In this document: positions 25,950 through 40,060 of the stretch, in pieces
Layout: each line of letters opens with the position of its first letter
Position numbering within the stretch: position 1 is the first letter of the stretch
Assembly (NCBI GenBank): GCA_951406725.2
Contig: OX597833.1
Coordinates: forward strand, 24,614,001 to 24,678,000
Direction: 5' to 3'
Length of the DNA stretch: 64,000 nucleotides
Origin: Octopus vulgaris
Lineage: Eukaryota
The notes under the pieces: model-generated
Seen by the model: only the letters and a program-made list of their open reading frames with translations
The model's database searches: none
What the model was told of the DNA's origin: nothing
Translations under genes and position numbers: made by a program

Positions 25950-27500
25950 ATTTCTACATTTTATTACAGTGAAACTTGCTAATTGGTTTAAAATTTTCGG
26001 CACAAATAATTATTGTATTAATTATTATGTCCTATTCGTAATAATAGTCTGATTTTCGTACGGTTTTCTGTTTAAATGTTTTTACTCATATTAATTTACC
26101 GATTATTTTCTGGTAAACCTGTATTTGTGTATTTAAATTTGTTTTATTGATACTTAAGACATTCATCTCTTTATAAGCCGCTTGCTTATATTTACTTCTT
26201 TGTGATTTTGACACACTTCTCAACTTCCACGTTCAAATGATTATCTTTGCCGAAACTCTATTGTATGCATAACACCTCTCTGCTTAGTTGTTATCTTTTG
26301 CATGTAATTTTGAGTCATCCATAAACAAAAGAAGTGTCAGTTCTCACTAAGGCGTGTCAGTGTTAGATTAAGAAGCAAATAGGGATAGGAGTGGAGTAGT
26401 GAGGCTCCATCTTAATGAGTTTGGGCAACTTGTCATCATACTGTTATTCTTTTGCAGTAATACATCTACTTTTCAGTTTTCCACGGCAAGACCGACATTT
26501 CGTTACACATTCAGACTTGCATAAGTATATTTGCTTTCTTTTTTTAAATATACAGATGTGGAACTACTCTCAAAAGCTAGTCTATAGTTATATTTCATGT
26601 TGAAATGCTTTTCTCTTCAAACGTTTTCTAATAGTACTTTGATATTTTATGGCACTTTAAGATATATTTTCTGATTAGCTCCAGAGATCTTAGGCTTTCT
26701 TTTTTTATATACAGTATATTGTAATATCTTATATCTTCAGACAAAAATTATAGCAACAAAAGTATTGTTTTAAAGTTAAAACAATTTTCTTACTGGAATT
26801 CTCAATTTTCCTCCTGGAATCCTGAAATTCGTACCCCCGACTCACACACACACATTGTTAATAGAAAACTATCCGGCCTGTAGAGCATAGAATTGGCAGT
26901 AACTAAGACATTTAGAGAGAAGCGCTGTTTTACTTGACAATAGCCACCTTGATGGAATGTGGTTAGACCAATAGGTTGTTGAAAGGTGTCTGGTTTCTTT
27001 TCGATATTTCACAAGTTTGCATTCTGCCAATTCCAGTTGTTGGGGTAATTGCTTCGTTAATGTTAAGGTCATTTCCTCTCTTCAAATATTTCTCCATTCT
27101 TACTTACCCCCTTTTTTGTTGAATCCCCCCCGTAATCCTCTTTGAGTTGTTGTCATAACAGACAACTTCCTTCCAAATGTCTCCACAATATTTCTCTATT
27201 TCAGGTTTTGTTGGTCATTCTTTAATCTCCATGTTTGAGTTATTTAATCTTCTGTAGAAAGTTTTTGGGATTCTTTCAAATAGTTCTCTTTGTTTAAAGA
27301 AGCATTCACGCTTCTCAAATCATTTAATACCTTATGTCTTTTCTAAGTTATCTTGTCGTAATCTCTCGCTTATTGCCAAGAGTTACGTTTTTCCTTTGAT
27401 GTTAAATTTCCTAAATTTTTATGTATTTGTTTTCTTATTCTAATATTTGGGGTTTCTTTGTCCCTTACCCTTGGTATTAATAGATTTATTTGTTTTCTAG
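25950..27500 (-). mobile_element. Highly decayed R4/Dong-like LINE fragments
   Basis: LLFMDDSKLHAKDN at ~26290-26335 and FEKRECFFKQ..LFERIPKTFYR at ~27250-27320 parallel the element at 34.6-38.2 kb. Confidence 0.55.
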
Positions 27501-28180
27501 AAATCCTTTGTGTTTTGCCATGTCATCGTTACAGGCCTGAGCGGAGTATCCAGCTTCTGTCTCAGGTGTATAACCGCTTGTATTTTTTCTCAGATTACAA
27601 GCTAAACTGTGTAGATGAATGATTCCCCATTTCAAAGGTTAAATTTCGAAAGAAGCTTTCTTCAACTTATTTGAGCATCACTTGAAAGAGGAGGCGAGGG
27701 TAGAGAGAGAAGTTCTGGTCTCGAGAAAATTTTGACAGGTCGGTGACGTAGTCTGACATGGCGCGTTTGAAATACTGAACTCAATACTGAGTGGATTGTT
27801 TACAAATTGGATTCGGAAAGATGCATAATCAGCGTCCTACCCCAGCCTGCTCCAAATTCCTTCCGAAAGTTATCTACTTTCGGTAATTCAGTCATTTAGT
27901 TAGCGATTTATATTTTCAAAACTTTTAAAATATCGATGGAATATCATTTTTGTTGTGAAGGTGTTACTAAGCCAAATATTCTGAGTCTGCTTTTCATTCA
28001 TATCACATTTTCCAGTGCCAGTCGATACCATCGATACAATTCCTTACTGGTACTCCATTTTATCGGCCCCAGTAGGGTTTGAACTCAGATCATAAAGAGA
28101 CGGAGAAAATACTGCAGATCATTTCTGCCCGACACATAACAATGTTGTCAATCTACCGTCCTTAATAAATTAAAAACATA

Positions 28181-28399
28181 TACGAGGTGGTACTGGAAAC
28201 ATCCTAGCTTTAAGGGTGTCGCGAAAGGACTGGTTGAATGCCCAACTTTCTGAGTTCTTTTACAAGGCTTAGAAAAACTGAAGGGCCACTGCATTAAGTG
28301 TGAATCTGAGAGGGGAATACGTTGAATAAAATCATAATTAACTGATGCTCCTACATTTTCTTTCACCCAAAGCCAGGAACTTTTCGGCACCTCCTCGTA
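28181..28399. mobile_element. mariner-type MITE
   Basis: Imperfect ~30-bp TIRs TACGAGGTGGTACTGGAAACATCCTAGCTTT / AAAGCCAGGAACTTTTCGGCACCTCCTCGTA with TA ends. Confidence 0.7.
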
Positions 28400-29005
28400 A
28401 GCCTGCATTTTTTAATCGTTCCCAAGGTGCATCTTGGACTGTTTCTATTTCCAAGGGCTGTTTCTATTTCCAACCCCCATATTCTGGTTATTTATATTTC
28501 CAGATATTTATATTTGAATAGTTTCTCCATTTGTTTTAGAAATACATTATCGTCTGTCGGGATTGACATTTCGATTGTGAATCTCTTCCAAGAGTCTGGC
28601 TCAGCCATCTTCGTAGGTGTGTTTTCTTCCAAGACTGAGTCGCCGGAGACTTGTGCTTGTTTTTATTCTCCCTAACCTCAATTGGAAGCACTGGGATCGA
28701 TGTAATCGATTTCCCCGCTCCCCCTAAATTGCTGGCTTATTATTGTTATTAAATTGATGGCATAGCAAGATGATTTAAATATCGGAATATATGCCTTGTG
28801 ATATTTATTTCGGCCTTTTATATTCTGAGTTCAATTGCAATTGAGGTTAACCTTGGCTCCTCACCCCTCGATGGTCGATAAAATGAAATACCAGTCAAAT
28901 AGTAGGGTTGATAGTATCGACTAAACTTTTCTCCCATAATACTGTTGATGCTATTTCTTAACGACAAACCATTAATTCACAAAGAAACGTGAATAATCAG
29001 TTAGC

Positions 29006-29243
29006 AGGGGTTCCCTACCGGGGTCTATATAACCGTTGGTGGTCCATATAGGATTTTCTTGTTAAGATTTATATGCAATGCATTGCTTACAATACACAAA
29101 ATATTCTAATTTTTACAAAAATTCAATTACTAATAATATTTATTTATACAAAAACGGTAGGATGTTTCTTTATACACATCAAATGACTATGGGGGTCCGT
29201 GGAGTAAAATAGGAATCATAGGTAAAAATATTTGAGATCCATT
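29006..29243. mobile_element. Possible hAT-type MITE, decayed
   Basis: Termini CAGGGGTTCCC...TTTGAGATCCATTG and subterminal GGGGTCC motifs. Confidence 0.35.
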
Positions 29244-31133
29244 GAGTTAGAGCGTCGGATAATATGCCAAGCCTTATTTGTTCCGAGCTTTCACGTTCCG
29301 ATTTCAGTCAAAGTGTTAAAGTAATGAAACAGCCAAATATCGAGGTTGAACTAATCGAATACTAACGCACCATTCTATAAAAAATTCTGATCTAGTACCT
29401 GTATTAACAGCATTATCATCATTTTCTTTATGACACCACGGAAATACGCTGTATTTTAAGGGAAGAGGGAGCCTATATTTTGTAATATCTGTCTATTTCT
29501 CAAATGCATGAGAATGAAGCAAAAGTCAACCCTCAATTACTTAGACTCGACGATTCACGTGACACTTCATGAAGCGCCTTTGCAGCCAACTCCCTTAAGT
29601 TACATTCTACAGCCTGAAATAGAGAAAGAGCGTTGTTCATAGCAGTTCTTGACATAAAGAAAGACGGAATGCTCATGGCCGCGACATTCATCATAGGTCT
29701 GCTAAGTCAGAGCTGAGTTGAGGCTAAGCATTATCATTCGACAATAACAGCAACAAAAAGCAATGACAACAATAACAACAAAATTAAAACAAAATAGCAA
29801 CAGAAACAACAACAACAATATATCAGGAGCCTTTACAGTGTTAGCAACCTTTAACCATCTTTGCGAGTACCGCAGAATATATTTGGATTTACTAAAAACA
29901 CATTCAAGGCAATAATGCGTTTTTTTTTCTAGATTTCTTTTCTTATTGTAATTGAAGGTTACGTGGTGCAAACCCATAACGTTGATTTTATTTTTATAAC
30001 TTCGTCTTGAAGAAAGGCACTAAGAACGATGATGGCAGACCCGTCCATATCGGTGAGATCAATACTATTCATGACCAACAAGTGGATATGTTGAAGAAAA
30101 CACGCGGGTGGGAAGGGACTTCCAGTGCTTTGGGGGAAAACATCATTGCAAGTTAGAAGTGCTAACTGTCTAAGCCATTCCTAGGATTACACTGAACAGC
30201 AAATGAACCTACGAATAGAAGCGAATGTCTCCGCTGTACAGCAATAAGACCTCTGTTATCTTATTTTCTGAAATCCTAGCAATGAAAAGATACAGCTGCG
30301 TACATTGATTTATTTTTCAATATAGCCCCATGTCTTTATTCCAGTCTTTCAAAACAAGAACCAACGAATTTAACAACAGTTTTCTTTCTATCTTATTGCC
30401 GTACATATCCTGTATCAACAATTATCTTGAAAAAACTACAAAGATCAAGTATATATATTTAACACTCTATGCCCTATTGTTATTGTTTTAATGTTAACTG
30501 CATTAGATGTGTTATTAACCTCTAAAGTTCTCAGTAAACTTTATCAGACCACATTTCAGTCTAAGTACTATATTACTGTGTATGATAATAAAGCCATTTA
30601 ACAACAGACCTCTTTACCATAATGCAGAAATATCTTAAATGAAAAAAAAAGAGAGACAAAATAACTAGAAAGCTATTGAGTGCACACACATATAAAATTA
30701 ACCACTGTGCCTGTTAACTATGTATTAGTTAATATTAAAACAATTATGTAATTTCAATGTATGTACAGAGAAACCACCGATTTTCCGATATCCTTGCTTC
30801 CAAATCCTTGATAGATTAACCGTCTAAATTTGTAGAGAGGACTAAGTCGATGACATCGACCCTATTATTCAACTGGTACTTATTCTATTGACCCCGAAAG
30901 GAGGAAAGACAAAGTCGACCACGGTGGAATTTGAACCCAGAACATAAAAACGGACGAAATGCCGCTGAGCATTTTGCTCGGCATGCTAACGATTCTGCCA
31001 GCTCGCCGCCTTTACTGTTTGTGTAATAATGACAACTATATTCTTTTCTACTCTAGACACAACGCCCGAAATTTTTGAGGAGGTGGGGGCAGTCGATTAA
31101 ATCGACCTAGTACGCAACTGGTACTTAATTTAT

Positions 31134-31389
31134 TGGTGAAGGCGTGTGGCTTAGTGGTTAGAGTGTAAGCACCATGATTATAGTTTCGCTTCCTGGACCG
31201 GGCGACTCGTTGTGTTCTTGAGTAAAACACTTCATTTCACGTTGCTCCAGTCCACTCAGCTGGCAAAAATGAGTAACACTGCGATGGACTGGCGTCCCAT
31301 CCAGCTGGCAACACATACACCATAGAAACCGGGACACTGGGCCCATGAGCCTGGTTAGGCTTTAAAAAGGGCTCATTTATTTATTTTAT
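31134..31389 (+). mobile_element. V-domain-like tRNA SINE nested in a MetaSINE-like copy
   Basis: Head GGCGTGTGGCTTAGTGGTTAG, core CTGCGATGGACTGGCGTCCCATCCAG, 12-bp TSD TACTTAATTTAT (31122-31133, 31390-31401). Confidence 0.75.
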
Positions 31390-34300
31390 TACTTAATTTA
31401 TCGACCCCGAAAGAATGAAAGGCAAAGTCGACCGCAGCGGAATTTGAACTCAGTACCCAAAGACGAAATACTGCTAAGCGCCGGCGTGCTAACCTTTCTG
31501 CCTTTACTGTTCGTGTAATAATGACAACTACATTACAATGTTAATAATACCATCACTGTTAACAATATTAAGTGCATCTTACAGTGACCGCTAGCAAATT
31601 ACATTTAAATGTATGTATCTTGTTTCTATAAATGTTAATTAAGACATTTCAGAGCATCCCTACATCTCTAAGGATATATCTTATTGTGACCGCTAGTAAA
31701 TGACTATTTCAATGCATGTATCACATTACTACGACATCCAATGCGCTGAGCAACGTAGAAGTAGGTAAAGTTAAAACCACATATATACATATGTTAATCA
31801 AGGCATTTCAGAACAGCTTCTCTATCCCAGAGTTACTTCTCTATCTTTCTGTTTAAAACCCAGTTCCTAACTCAGTTGGGTAGCTACTGTACTTTGTTCA
31901 CAACGATCACGGGTTCAAGCTCATGCTTATATACTTTCTCAAATCTTTCAATGTGTTACCAACGTATTATCTCACCTTATTAAATGCGAAATTTTGCAGA
32001 CGTCCTTGTATATGTGTGCGTGTATATTTTTAACGACTAAATCAGAGGAAAAGTGACCCCTGTATCATAGTTGTAGGTATTTTATTGACTCTGGAGATAC
32101 GATAGGCAAAAGTTGACCTTGATGGGATTTGAACTCAGAACATAAAATAATTAAAAGCGATATTGCAATGCCTTTCACCGAACGCTGAAACGCTTCTGTT
32201 AACAACCCTTAATAGTATTTGTTTGTAACATAGGCGCAATGCCTGCAATTTTGGGAGGGATTTAGTCGATTAAATTGTCTCCAGCTGTTGACTACTACTT
32301 TATTTTACCGACCCTGTACGAAAGGCAAAGCTGACCTATTAGGAAATGATCTCAGAGCATAAAGAACCACTACTACTAATTTATCACCCTATGGTTTTAA
32401 CATAGTTACAAAACCATACATTTCGAATGAGGGATGACCCGATTAAATCGACACTAGTACTTGAATGGTAGCTCATTTTATCGAACCAGGAAAGACGAAA
32501 GATACAGTTTACGAGGGCGTGGTTTGATGTCAGAATGTAAAGATCAGGAACGAATACTGCAAGACATTTAGTGCTATCGAGCCAATGATTTTTGCCAATC
32601 CGCATCCTAAATAATGATTTCTTACATAACTACAAATTTGGTGGTGGAGTATAGACACTAATATCGACCTTGGTACTCGACTAGTATTTTATTTCTCCAT
32701 CTCAGAAAGAGAAATATTAATTCGATGCAGGAGAAATGACTGTTACGTTGTTATTTAACTTTGATCAAATAGACCGAATATCAAAGCTCATCCAGTTGTT
32801 ACCACTGTATGATTTTTAGTTTCAGTAAAAGGGTATCTAGGACTACATAATCTGATTTTATGCGTTTTTTTTAGAATGAAACAAAACAATTAAGAACAGT
32901 AGGGCCTATTTGGGAGAGATTTGACTGCCATGTTTTGTATAGGGCAATCGCGTTGGATTGCCAGTATCTATTGAACGTGAAAAGATGCTTTGTGGTATTT
33001 CTTCGGTTCTTTAAAATAAAGTACCAGTTTTAGATCTAGGATGCAGATAATTCGTAGCGACGAAGAATCTACTGACAAAACTGCTGGTGTTATACCTAAA
33101 TTAGAAAATTATTATTATTACGAGGAGGAAGTCGGACGCAATTATTGATATTTCTTCCGTCTTGTTATGTTTCGAGTTCAAGCGACACCGAGATAAACTT
33201 TGCCTCCCATCCCTTTTGGGGTTAATACAATAAGTACCACTTGGGCACTGAGGTCAATGTAATAGGCTGGTCTTCCCTCTTGTCAAAATTTCTCTTCTTA
33301 TGCCAAAATTAGAAAGAAAATTATTGCGAGGAAGAGGACGATATGCTCGGATGTAAAATAAAATAGTCAATGATATTTCAAAAATATGAATAGGAAAGAT
33401 TTTCTCAATAGGATTTAAAGTCAGTTCGTAAAAGGATGTAATTAACTACCTCAAGGTATTTTGCCCGTAAATCGACAGGTTCTGTCAAACCACATCAACA
33501 AGAAGAGAGTCATCAGTAATACTGGCATGAACAAGACAACAGAATGAATAAGGGAAACAATTCCGTGTGAAATTTAATTACGTCACTTCACATTCTTTTC
33601 CTTTCATCATTTTGTCAAATGCTGGAAGCAGCTATAGAAGTGATTTTCAAACAGAGTGCCACATGTTTTGCAAATTTCTAGAGCTATGATTTAAGTCTGT
33701 AGAAAAAAAAAATCTATATTAACGTTTGACTGTTTTGAAAACCGAGTTATTCATAATTTTATTAACTGCGAATATGATTAATAAAAGCAGGTAAACAATT
33801 TTTGATATTTAAAAAATTTTTTAGTTGTTCCAAAAATTTCCATGCAAGGGGCGCCCATAATTATTTATCTTATTCCAAGTGTGTCACGAAGTGAAAAAGA
33901 TTGAGAGCCATTGATCTCTACGAGATTTCCTCAAAATTATTTGATCTGGTTACGTTAGAAATCATTTTTATTATTTTATAATTAGTGTAGTCGCATTGCC
34001 ATCGACGGAGTATTTGGATATGCTTGTGTTGAGTCATGTTCCTGAAATAACAAACTTTTAATTTCCTCCAGCTCTTCTTTTAACTGCAAATAGAACCTCT
34101 AAAATAAAATATAAATCAGACACGGGGATTTACCTAAATATTCTTTTTCTACAAAAAAGTATTAAAAAACTATACAAAGTGAGAGGTGTCAACCAGCGTC
34201 AGCTGAACAATTCGAGTTAAATGGGCTTCGAATGGGTTTGAAAGGGAGAATAAAATTAGTTTTAAAGAGAAAAAGTGGAGCAGGAGGTTTTTTTATTTCG

Positions 34301-34609
34301 TCAGTTGTTTTCATTTTCAACAAGTTTCAGAATCCGACTTTTGAGTATCTACGAATACCTTGTTTTAATGAAATTGTAAGTTTATAAAGAAAACACAAGA
34401 TATTGCTATCTTATCTTTTGTGGTATGGAGTAACGAATTTTCTTGAATTAGCCATTACTCCATTCATCTAAGTTCGCTTCTCAATGACAAATATTTTCTG
34501 TTTCCTTTTATGTTTGAGTGTTGGATTTTTTGTCTGATTTTTAGTCCTTCCATTTTTGTTTCCTTTTAGTATTATCTTTTACATTCTTTTATCCTATTTT
34601 ATAATATTC

Positions 34610-34649
<40 letters not shown>

Positions 34650-34650
34650 G

Positions 34651-37600
34651 TTATCTTTTTTTTCCTCTTCTTTCAAATTTGCTTCCATTTCTTGCCGAGT
34701 GTCTTCCCGACTCCTAGGGCAAAGAAACTCATAGTATACATTGGTAGGCCATTAAACTAAACTCAATAGTTCGTTCATTTTTTTAAATTTTTTTTTTAAA
34801 GTTAAATTAAAATACTTTGATGGTTCGGTCTGTATGTACTGGAAAGTCCCACAGAATCGTTACATTTCCTCCTTCAGTTACAGCTTCAGGGTGGTGATTA
34901 TACCACTTGTCGGGAGTTTTGATATTGTAATGCCGACTTATTAGCCAGTGTAGATATTGGCCAATTCTGTCATGTCTTAATTTATACTCCACAGGTGCTA
35001 AGACTTTACATCCAGAGATTAGGTGGTCCACTGTTTCAATCCTGTCGTTGCAGAATCGGCATTTTGGGTCTGCTCCATTTTTCATCACATTGGTCTGGTA
35101 CTTCCGGGTTAATAGGCTTTGATCTTGAGCAGCCAGGATGAAACCTTCGCTCTCTGCTTTTAGCCCTGAGCTCCGTAGCCACTGATGGGTTTGCTTCTGG
35201 TCAACATCAGGTTGTTTGCTACGGACCACATATTTGCCGTGCAGAGGTTTCTCCTCCCACCTATCAGCCAATTGCTCGTGCGCTTTTTTCGTTGCCATTA
35301 TTTTCACCTTCTTTGCAACAATAGTTGCCGTACTTCCCTCGGGTTGTTCAGTTTGGGTATCCTGCACGAGATCATTAGCAAATCTTTTGCTTTCCTTTAT
35401 GATAGAATGAAGCTTCTTTCGTCTCTCGTGATTTTCCACGAGCTTTAGCATCCTATCATTCGTCATTTCAAGATATTTGGCCAGTCCAATTGTGGTTGTT
35501 TTGTAAGTTAGTTCAAATTGGATCAGGCCTCGACTTCCTTGGGCTCTGGGAAGGTAAAGGCGATCTACGTCTGCCTTTGGGTGGTGCATCCTATTACAAC
35601 TCAGCAGCTTGCGTATATTCCTTTCTATATTCTTTACTTCACTCATATTCCAGTTCAACACATTGTAGCTATAAGTAACAACTGGAACTGCGAAGGAATT
35701 TATAGCTAACACCTTGTTACGTGCATTTAGTTCAGATTTCAGGACTGCACGAACTCTCCTATAACATTCCTTCCTGATCTTCTCTTTCATGCTTGCATGC
35801 AGAATACCAGAGCCTTCATTTATCCCTAAATATTTGTATGTTTGTTCTTGCTCAAGCTCTCTTATGACTGTGTCAACATCTAACACGACTGAATTTGTGG
35901 TATTCACTTTCCCTTTCTGGAAAGTGGCCTTGGCACACTTCTCAAGCCCAAACTCCATCCCGATGTCATCGCTGAATGCTTTCACAGTGCGCAATAGGCC
36001 TTCAAGTTCATTATCGTCTTTACCATAGAGTTTTAAATCATCCATATAAAATAGACGGCTTATTTTTTTATTGGCAATTTTATACCCATACCCTGTTCTG
36101 TTTAATTCACTTGTAGGGCTATGCAGAATATTAAAGGTGAAAGTGAGTCACCTTGAAAAATTCCACAGTTGATGTTTATATTTTCTGAGGCAAGTACTCC
36201 ATTAGATTGGTATAATTGGAGATTCGTATTCCACAACGACATATTGTGCTTCAGGAAGCTTGAAATCACAGGGAAAATTTTGAAGATGTCCAGCGATCTC
36301 AAGATCCATGCATGCGGTATACTGTCGAAGGCTTTTTTTATAGTCAATCCATGCGGAGCTGAGATTTCTGCACTTGTTGTGACAGATCTCAATACGATTA
36401 ATTAGCAGTTGATTTTTGCATCCGTATGAGCCTCGGTGGCACCCTTTTTGTTCAATGGGGAAAATATCGTTCTTCTCCATGAATGCATATGTTTTCTCCG
36501 CCAGGATAGATGTTAGGATTTTATACGTGGTGGATAGACAGGTTATAGGCCGATAGTTGGTTTCGTTATTCTTTGGGAGTAGGTAAGTAATACCACTTGC
36601 TAACCATTCAGGTGTTTTCTTTGGGTCTCTCATAATTCCATTGAGCAGCTGAACTAGCTTACCGTGTGCGCATGGGAGCGATGCGAGCCAGAAATTCGGC
36701 ACCCTATCTTTACCGGGGAATTTCAAATTATGGGCCTTCGTGAGTGCCTTTCTTAGGTCTGCTATTGTGATGTCTTCCCATGCTTGTTGTTGTAAATTTT
36801 GGTAGGATCCTTCTGTTTGTATAATCCAGTCTGCATTTATGTTGTACGTCTTCTTGTCACTCCAAATCTTTTTCCAAAAGTTTTGAACTTCTTCCATGGG
36901 AGGGGGGTCTTTAACGGTTACTTTCTCCTTCCCTATTTCTCTGTAGAATTTTTTGGCATTGGATGTGAACAGCTTATTTTGCTTGTAAAACTTGTTTCTC
37001 TTCTCAAATCTTCGTATTCTTTGGGCTTCTGCTTGGACTTTTTGTTTCAGCGTTTCTTTTATTGATATCAGTTCTTCTCTTGGTGAGGATCCAAATTTTC
37101 TCTTCATCTTTCTTCTTGTTCTGGATCTTACATCATTTCCACATATTAGTTAATTTAATATTGATATTCCCACTCTCATAAATTCAATCTCTTTTTCAAT
37201 TTTACTTCTCCAGGTTTGATTTCTTCCCAGGTTTGGTTTTCTTTGTTTTTTTCGGGGGCGTACAGCTGGTTTTAATTGCCCTAGCAGAAGCGTAAATAAT
37301 TTCATTTAATTCAGTAAAATCAGGTTTTAATTCTTGTATTATTTCATTTGTTACATAGTTGCCAATTTTGATTTGTTCTTTATTTTGGTTTGTATTTGAG
37401 AGTTTATGAAGTGGTTCTCTATCATTCATACTTGTATGTCTTACAACTTCAAGCGTATTCAGGATTTTCTGCCTCATTTCTGCCATAGACTCTCTGTGTT
37501 CTTCAGCAAATGCGAGATTTTCAGTTACTGTTGTTTTATCATTTTCCTGGCTATCTTTAACAGGTTCAATAGAATTTCTTGTATCTTCAGGCCTTTGCGT

Positions 37601-38240
37601 ACTTTGGTCAGATGGCAGTCTTTCAATTAAGCCTCGTGGCGGGCTATACTGTTCATCTGATTCTTCATTTCCTTTGTGTCTTATATTTATGTCATTTTCC
37701 GTTGCATGCTTGATCGCGCTTATTTCACTGTCTGTGAGTCTGTTATTTCTAAGGATATCCCTCCTTACATTTGCCAATTTGTTCTCGTCCAAATAGGGCC
37801 TACTGTCTTGATTCCGTGTTCTCCACTTACTGTAAGAGTTTGCGGTGTGTCTCTCTTGAGATGGCCTACCTAATGCATAGTAATAAGCGTATATTACTTC
37901 TTTATACTCTTCTCGGGTCCATTTGTTCCGCTTACATTTTTCTTTCTGTGGTGGTTGTGGTGGTGAACTTGGAGGGCTCGAGTTGGGGAATTTCCCGTTC
38001 AAGTGACCATCCACGTCCGTATTCGGTGAAGAGTTTGTGCCAGTTGATGACTTTTCGATCCCAGACTGGCTCTTCCCTGGGGGACGCGCTTCCAGATTAA
38101 CCATAGGACAAGCGATTTGGTATACTGATTTAGTTTTCCTTTTAGTTTCCAAAAACATTTTGGTGCTACGATAATGTTATCATTTTTGAGCTTTAATTGG
38201 CTCGTGGGGAGACGACCATCATTGCCGTTACAATTATAAT
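34651..38240 (-). mobile_element. R4/Dong-clade non-LTR retrotransposon, near full-length but frameshifted, within (TAA)n
   Basis: ORF pieces 37202-38158, 36202-37107, 36102-36392 and 34807-36045 give NYRPITCL, EQKGC, WIDYKK/AFDSIPH, GIFQGDSLSPL, YMDDLKLY, CRFC..ETVDHLISGC, RHD, ILWDF. (ATT)n-rich flanks. Confidence 0.88.
34807..38158 (-). pseudogene. Disrupted R4/Dong RT-zinc knuckle-REL ORF
   Basis: Several frameshifts; ends at TDRTIK just before the expected RPD endonuclease motif. Confidence 0.85.
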
Positions 38241-38513
38241 CGTACTATTATAGCAGCCGTAGTCGGCTTATTATTGTTATTATCCTCACCATTATTATCA
38301 CTATTATCATTATTACCACTATTACTATCATCATTATCATCATCACCATCACCATCACCATCATCATCATCATCAATGTCTGTTTCGTTGGCTGGCTGGG
38401 TGGTTGGCTGGCTGGCTGTCTTCAACTTCAGAATTCTTGCCTGTCAAATAATACTTTCATATTTGGTTAACATCTAAAGAGTCGAGGTGAGGTTTGTGTT
38501 GGCTGAACTCTAA

Positions 38514-38572
<59 letters not shown>

Positions 38573-38999
38573 CATCATCATCATCACCCATAGAGACTGG
38601 TGGATTGGAAGACTTATTAGAACATTGGCTAAATGCATTGCATATTTTGTTCTGGATTTTTACATTCTGAGTTCAAAACATACTGGGAACAACTTTGCCT
38701 TTTATCCTTCTAGCAACAGAAACCATAGTCAAGTACTGGGGATAAATATCAATGGAATGTCTCCACCAACTTTCTGACATTTCCCTATGTTAGAAACAAA
38801 TATTATAATCACTTAAACACTCACCCACCGCAAAGGAAACTAATAGATGGTAGAATTGAGTGGAGCTAAATTACTTTTTAGTATTTAGTTTCCTCTCTTT
38901 ATATCCTGAGTTCAAACTTCGCCAGCATCGGTTTTATGAATGTACCTTCTCGTTACTTTCTGAATTGATAGTTTAAAGAACTACTCATATGGAAAATAA

Positions 39000-40060
39000 A
39001 TCGACTAAATCCAAGAATGAAACACATTTTTTAGTATCACTTCGAGATTTCAAAATACCCAATCCTCAAGTCATCAGTAGGTTGTATGCAGGGACTTTAA
39101 GATGATCAATTTTCTCTTGGGGCAACAAAGTGGATACACCAAATATCCATACTTTATTGGGTGATGAAAGAATGACTGCAGCGAACATTAGTTTTAGAGT
39201 ATTTTAATGTGGTTGAACAGCCTTTAGTTTAACTAGAAAAAAAAACGTCTCCACTCCATATCAAACTTGGCATTATGAAGCAGCTTATCTAAAGGTGGGC
39301 CATGCTTTCACTACATCTGCAGTGGAAAAATAAAAGATTGTGTATTTGATGGGCTTCAGATGAGAAAATTGATGCAAGATAGGAACTTTGTAAATTCAAT
39401 GAATTGCACTTAATTAGCTGCATGGAATTAACTTGTAATAGATATAAAATGAATTTCTGGGCAGCAAGAAAGCAGCCAGCTATGCCGAAATAGTCGATAA
39501 CATGCTGGAGAATTTTCAGAAGTTGAGAAAAAATATGAGCATAAAGCTGTACTATCTCCAGAGTCACCTTCATAAATCAATTGAAAAACTTGGCGACACA
39601 AGTGACGAGCAGGGAGAAAGTTTCCTCCAGGAGGTAAAAATCAATGAAACAAACGTATCAAGACAACTGGGACTTACATATGATGGCGGACTATTGTTGG
39701 AACTTGTCTCGTAATCTTGCTGAGGTTCAACGTAAAGGAAAATCATCCAAACGCAAATTCATGGGATATTAGGCATAAACAATGATGTAATTTGTCTGTT
39801 GGAATTTTTGATTTTTATTAGTTTTCGAAAAACATTTTGGTTTTGAAAAAAAAAACAATTTCTATGTATGTTTGTATGTCTTTTCCTTGATAAGCTGTTT
39901 TATTGAAAAGTACAATGAAATTGTATGAATGCAGTATATAAAAATCTTTACAAGATGGTAATAAATAGCTGTCATTTTTGGATTCTATGTGTCAAAGATA
40001 CCTTAATCCAGGTCCAAAGTTTTGATAATAGAGAAAAGAAGTAATTTTTATTGGCCTGTA
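39000..40060 (+). mobile_element. Decayed CMC/Chapaev3-like DNA transposon fragment
   Basis: VCRDFKMINFLLGQQSGYTKYP (~39085-39150) and MSIKLYYLQSHL...LGDTSDEQGESF.Q, then MMADYCW in another frame. Confidence 0.65.

Noticed and set aside
38161-38240. HDV-like ribozyme at the Dong 5' end (TCCCCAC loop, short hairpin)
   Set aside because: P3 mismatched, no G-start P1 and no GG for P1.1, so too degenerate to support.
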